Assembly: GCA_043228905.1 (NCBI GenBank)
Contig: JBHGNT010000008.1
Span: 12,586,001-12,650,000 of the forward strand
DNA from: Azolla caroliniana
Lineage: Eukaryota > Plantae > Polypodiophyta
DNA length: 64,000 bases
Reading direction: 5' to 3'
This document shows, in pieces, positions 61,591-64,000 of this stretch. The notes beneath the pieces are model-generated. The model was not told where the DNA came from. It was given only the letters and a program-made list of their open reading frames with translations, and made no database searches. The translations under genes were made by a program, and so were the position numbers. How positions within the stretch are numbered: the first letter of the stretch is position 1; each line of letters opens with the position of its first letter.

Positions 61591-62369
61591 TTTATTTTTA
61601 AAGCTATAGTTTCATGTTTATTCTTATGCCATATATTTTTTCATACATGAAAGCTCAAATGAGCGAGATGCCTATCATGCATCACATGCATTTCATGCAC
61701 TACATGCATGACATGTACCCTCCAATGCATCATATGCATGGGGGCACCTATTTAAATGGTGAAAGAGAAGATCAAAGGGGGAGAAGTATAAGATATCAAT
61801 CAAATATATATTACATAAGAGATATCATAAAATAGAAAAAGAAAGGAAGAAGTTCAACATAAAGGTGGAGCTCTATCTTGGCGATTGTGGTGGTCAACTC
61901 TCAATAAGAGGGAGGCGGTTCGAGCCTTATATTCATCAAAATATTGAAGTGAAGATTGTTGTGGCCTACTATCAAGAAAGAGAAGAGTGATTATCTTGTG
62001 AGACCAAGTTCGAAGGATCAATACTATCAAGAAAGAGAAGAGTGATTATCTTGTGAGACCAAGTTCGAAGGATCAACGACGCTTACAACCACTTTTGTAA
62101 CTCTTTCATCAAATAATTATAAATCTCTTTTATTCCTTCAAATATCATTCAATATCCTATCTTGTCATATCTTGTTGATCTCTATTTACTCTATCTCTAC
62201 TCTTTCATCTCTTCTGTCCATAATCCCAGTGATTCCTTCCTCACTTTCACGATATCTTTTGTCTACGCAACGCTACGCTTCTAGGCAAGCCACGCCACGA
62301 CATAATTTGGTGAACCTGACGTGAAACGGGGAAGTAGAAGAGACATCTAAAGTAAAGATCAACATCAAC

Positions 62370-64000
62370 ATGGTAAGTACGAGTACAATGGATCCGGTAA
62401 TGTTGTTTATTGAAAAGTTGAATCAAGATCGATTATTTCATGCCTTACGAGAAGTCCGAGAGAAGATTGGTATGTTTGATGGCACAAATATTTCGAAGTA
62501 TGTGAATATATATTATGATGAAATGGAAATGTCTGGTATAAATGATGTCAATATGATAGCAAACTTTTATAAATTAGTGGACATGGAATTAAGAGATAGA
62601 ATTCATGAAATACAAACATTGCATAGTTTGGATTGGAATGCATTCAAAGAAGCACTTGTGTCTGAATATGCTCGTGAGGATTTTTCTTGCGTTACTATTT
62701 GTTCATTCCATGAATGGGTCCTAAAAGAAAATAAAGGATTATCTGTGGCTGACACGAAAAAAGAGTTTGATAGATTGTATGGACACTTAAAGCCAGAGGA
62801 AAAAAATTATTTGACTTGGCAAAAGGTTGCTTTATTTTTGCAGGCAGTTGACAAGAGATATAGAAAAGAATTGGAATTCATGCTTGAAGTGCCAAATACT
62901 GAGGATGGTATAAGTGCAGATTGGAATGAGGTAACAAATGCTTGTAATAAATTTATGAAAAGAATGCAAAGGAATGGTGCAATGCTACAAATACCACATG
63001 TGGGAATCACAAATCGGCTTGAGCAAAACATCGAAGTTCAAAGACTTGGTCGAGAACCATCACACGAAATGGTCCATCAACCACGACAAATGATCGAAAC
63101 TAAGAGTGAGTCTTTGCTTGATGATTTAGTTCAAAGTATGAAAGATTTAACAATTAAAGTGGCAAAGCTTGAGAATGGTCAGACTTCGAGGTCAAGGGAA
63201 CCATTTCGACCTCGATGCATGTGGTGTGATAGTCTCGAACATCGATTACATGATTGTGCGGAATATAAAGACATGGAAAATCGAGACTTGGTCTATTGGA
63301 AAAATGGTAATATTTACTTAATTGATACTAGAAGTCCACTTACAAAGAACTTTGGTGATGGTGGTTTTAAGGTTAAGTTTGAAGAAGCTGAAGCAAAGAA
63401 GGCTTCTACAATGTACTACTCGGCAACGGCAGAAATGCGTCTTGATGACATGCCATACCGATCATCATTCTAGGAGAAGGTTGTAAGTTCAGCACAAAAG
63501 CAAAAGTTGAAGATGGAAGACCTTTGTGTTGATGGAGATTCTGTAAGGAAAAACACTGGATGGGATGTTCTAGTAGATGTTATGACAGTCTATGCTCAGA
63601 TGGAAGAACACCAAGAGCATGAGGTGATGGTGGAAGAAAAAAGGAAAAGATCGGATGATGAGATTGGCTCAACCAAAAAACATGAAACAAGAGAAAGCAA
63701 AAGAAAAGAGATGGATGCAAAAGTTGAAAAAGGTAAATCTAGTCCTTCATTCAAATTAATGTTTGATATTGAAAAGGACATAGATTTAAAGAAAATTTTA
63801 GAAACAAGAATACTAGATAGTCGAGTAGAATTTACACTAAGAGAAGTGTTAGGTATTGCAAAAAAGGAATTTCATGATGAAATAATCGATATTGTGCGAA
63901 GAAAGAAGAAAGTAAATGAGCAGGTTAAAGAGACAAATCCGAAGGTGGCATATGAAGTGGTGAGCAACAAGTCAAACAATATCATTGTTGACTCTCAACA
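62370..64000 (+). pseudogene. gag: Gypsy J gag (stop at about 63471; frame continues toward the window end)
   Basis: 367-aa ORF with zinc knuckle CMWCDSLEHRLHDC. Confidence 0.88.

Larger units (their letters stand above)
61208..64000 (+). mobile_element. Gypsy J (family of A), 5' part
   Basis: 5' LTR 61208-62302; tRNA-Trp-type PBS tggtgaacctgacgtgaa at about 62308; gag follows. Confidence 0.94.

Noticed and set aside
3317-62302. A single giant 59-kb element bounded by the similar LTRs A and J
   Set aside because: The left LTR is preceded by INT and a PPT (a 3' LTR) and the right one is followed by PBS and gag (a 5' LTR); they belong to two separate insertions.
1-64000. Host protein-coding genes, env-like genes or DNA transposons
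   Set aside because: Every segment is accounted for by LTR retrotransposon parts; no transposase, envelope or spliced-gene signature was recognised.

Overview
The window is entirely a deeply nested cluster of LTR retrotransposons, with no recognisable host gene. The element types (Met-primed Ty1/Copia including Tork/Tnt1-like copies, Tcn1-like chromoviruses, Phygy/Selgy-like Gypsy) and pervasive C>T/G>A decay suggest methylated heterochromatin of a land plant, probably a non-seed plant (inference). One old Copia (K) is the ground layer. Inserted in it are Gypsy F (holding Copia B1, which holds Gypsy A and Copia C, plus a gag-only element and a solo LTR), Copia E (holding Tcn1-like T1, a solo LTR and Copia D, which holds Copia B2 with Gypsy G, Gypsy H and a solo LTR), and a right-hand stack L > M > Tcn1-like I > Gypsy J. 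Most junctions were resolved by eye from TG..CA termini, TSDs, PBS and PPT. Four features stand out. (1) The LTRs of seven Gypsy families, from two distant clades, carry tRNA-like Pol III A-box/B-box modules, nearly always in U3 and antisense to the element; I saw none in the Copia LTRs. (2) One Gypsy clade makes 4-bp TSDs, and all seven of its junctions are centred on CpG. (3) A very young gag-only non-autonomous element is present. (4) LTR promoter modules appear to be swapped between families. All comparisons were done by eye; no searches were run.
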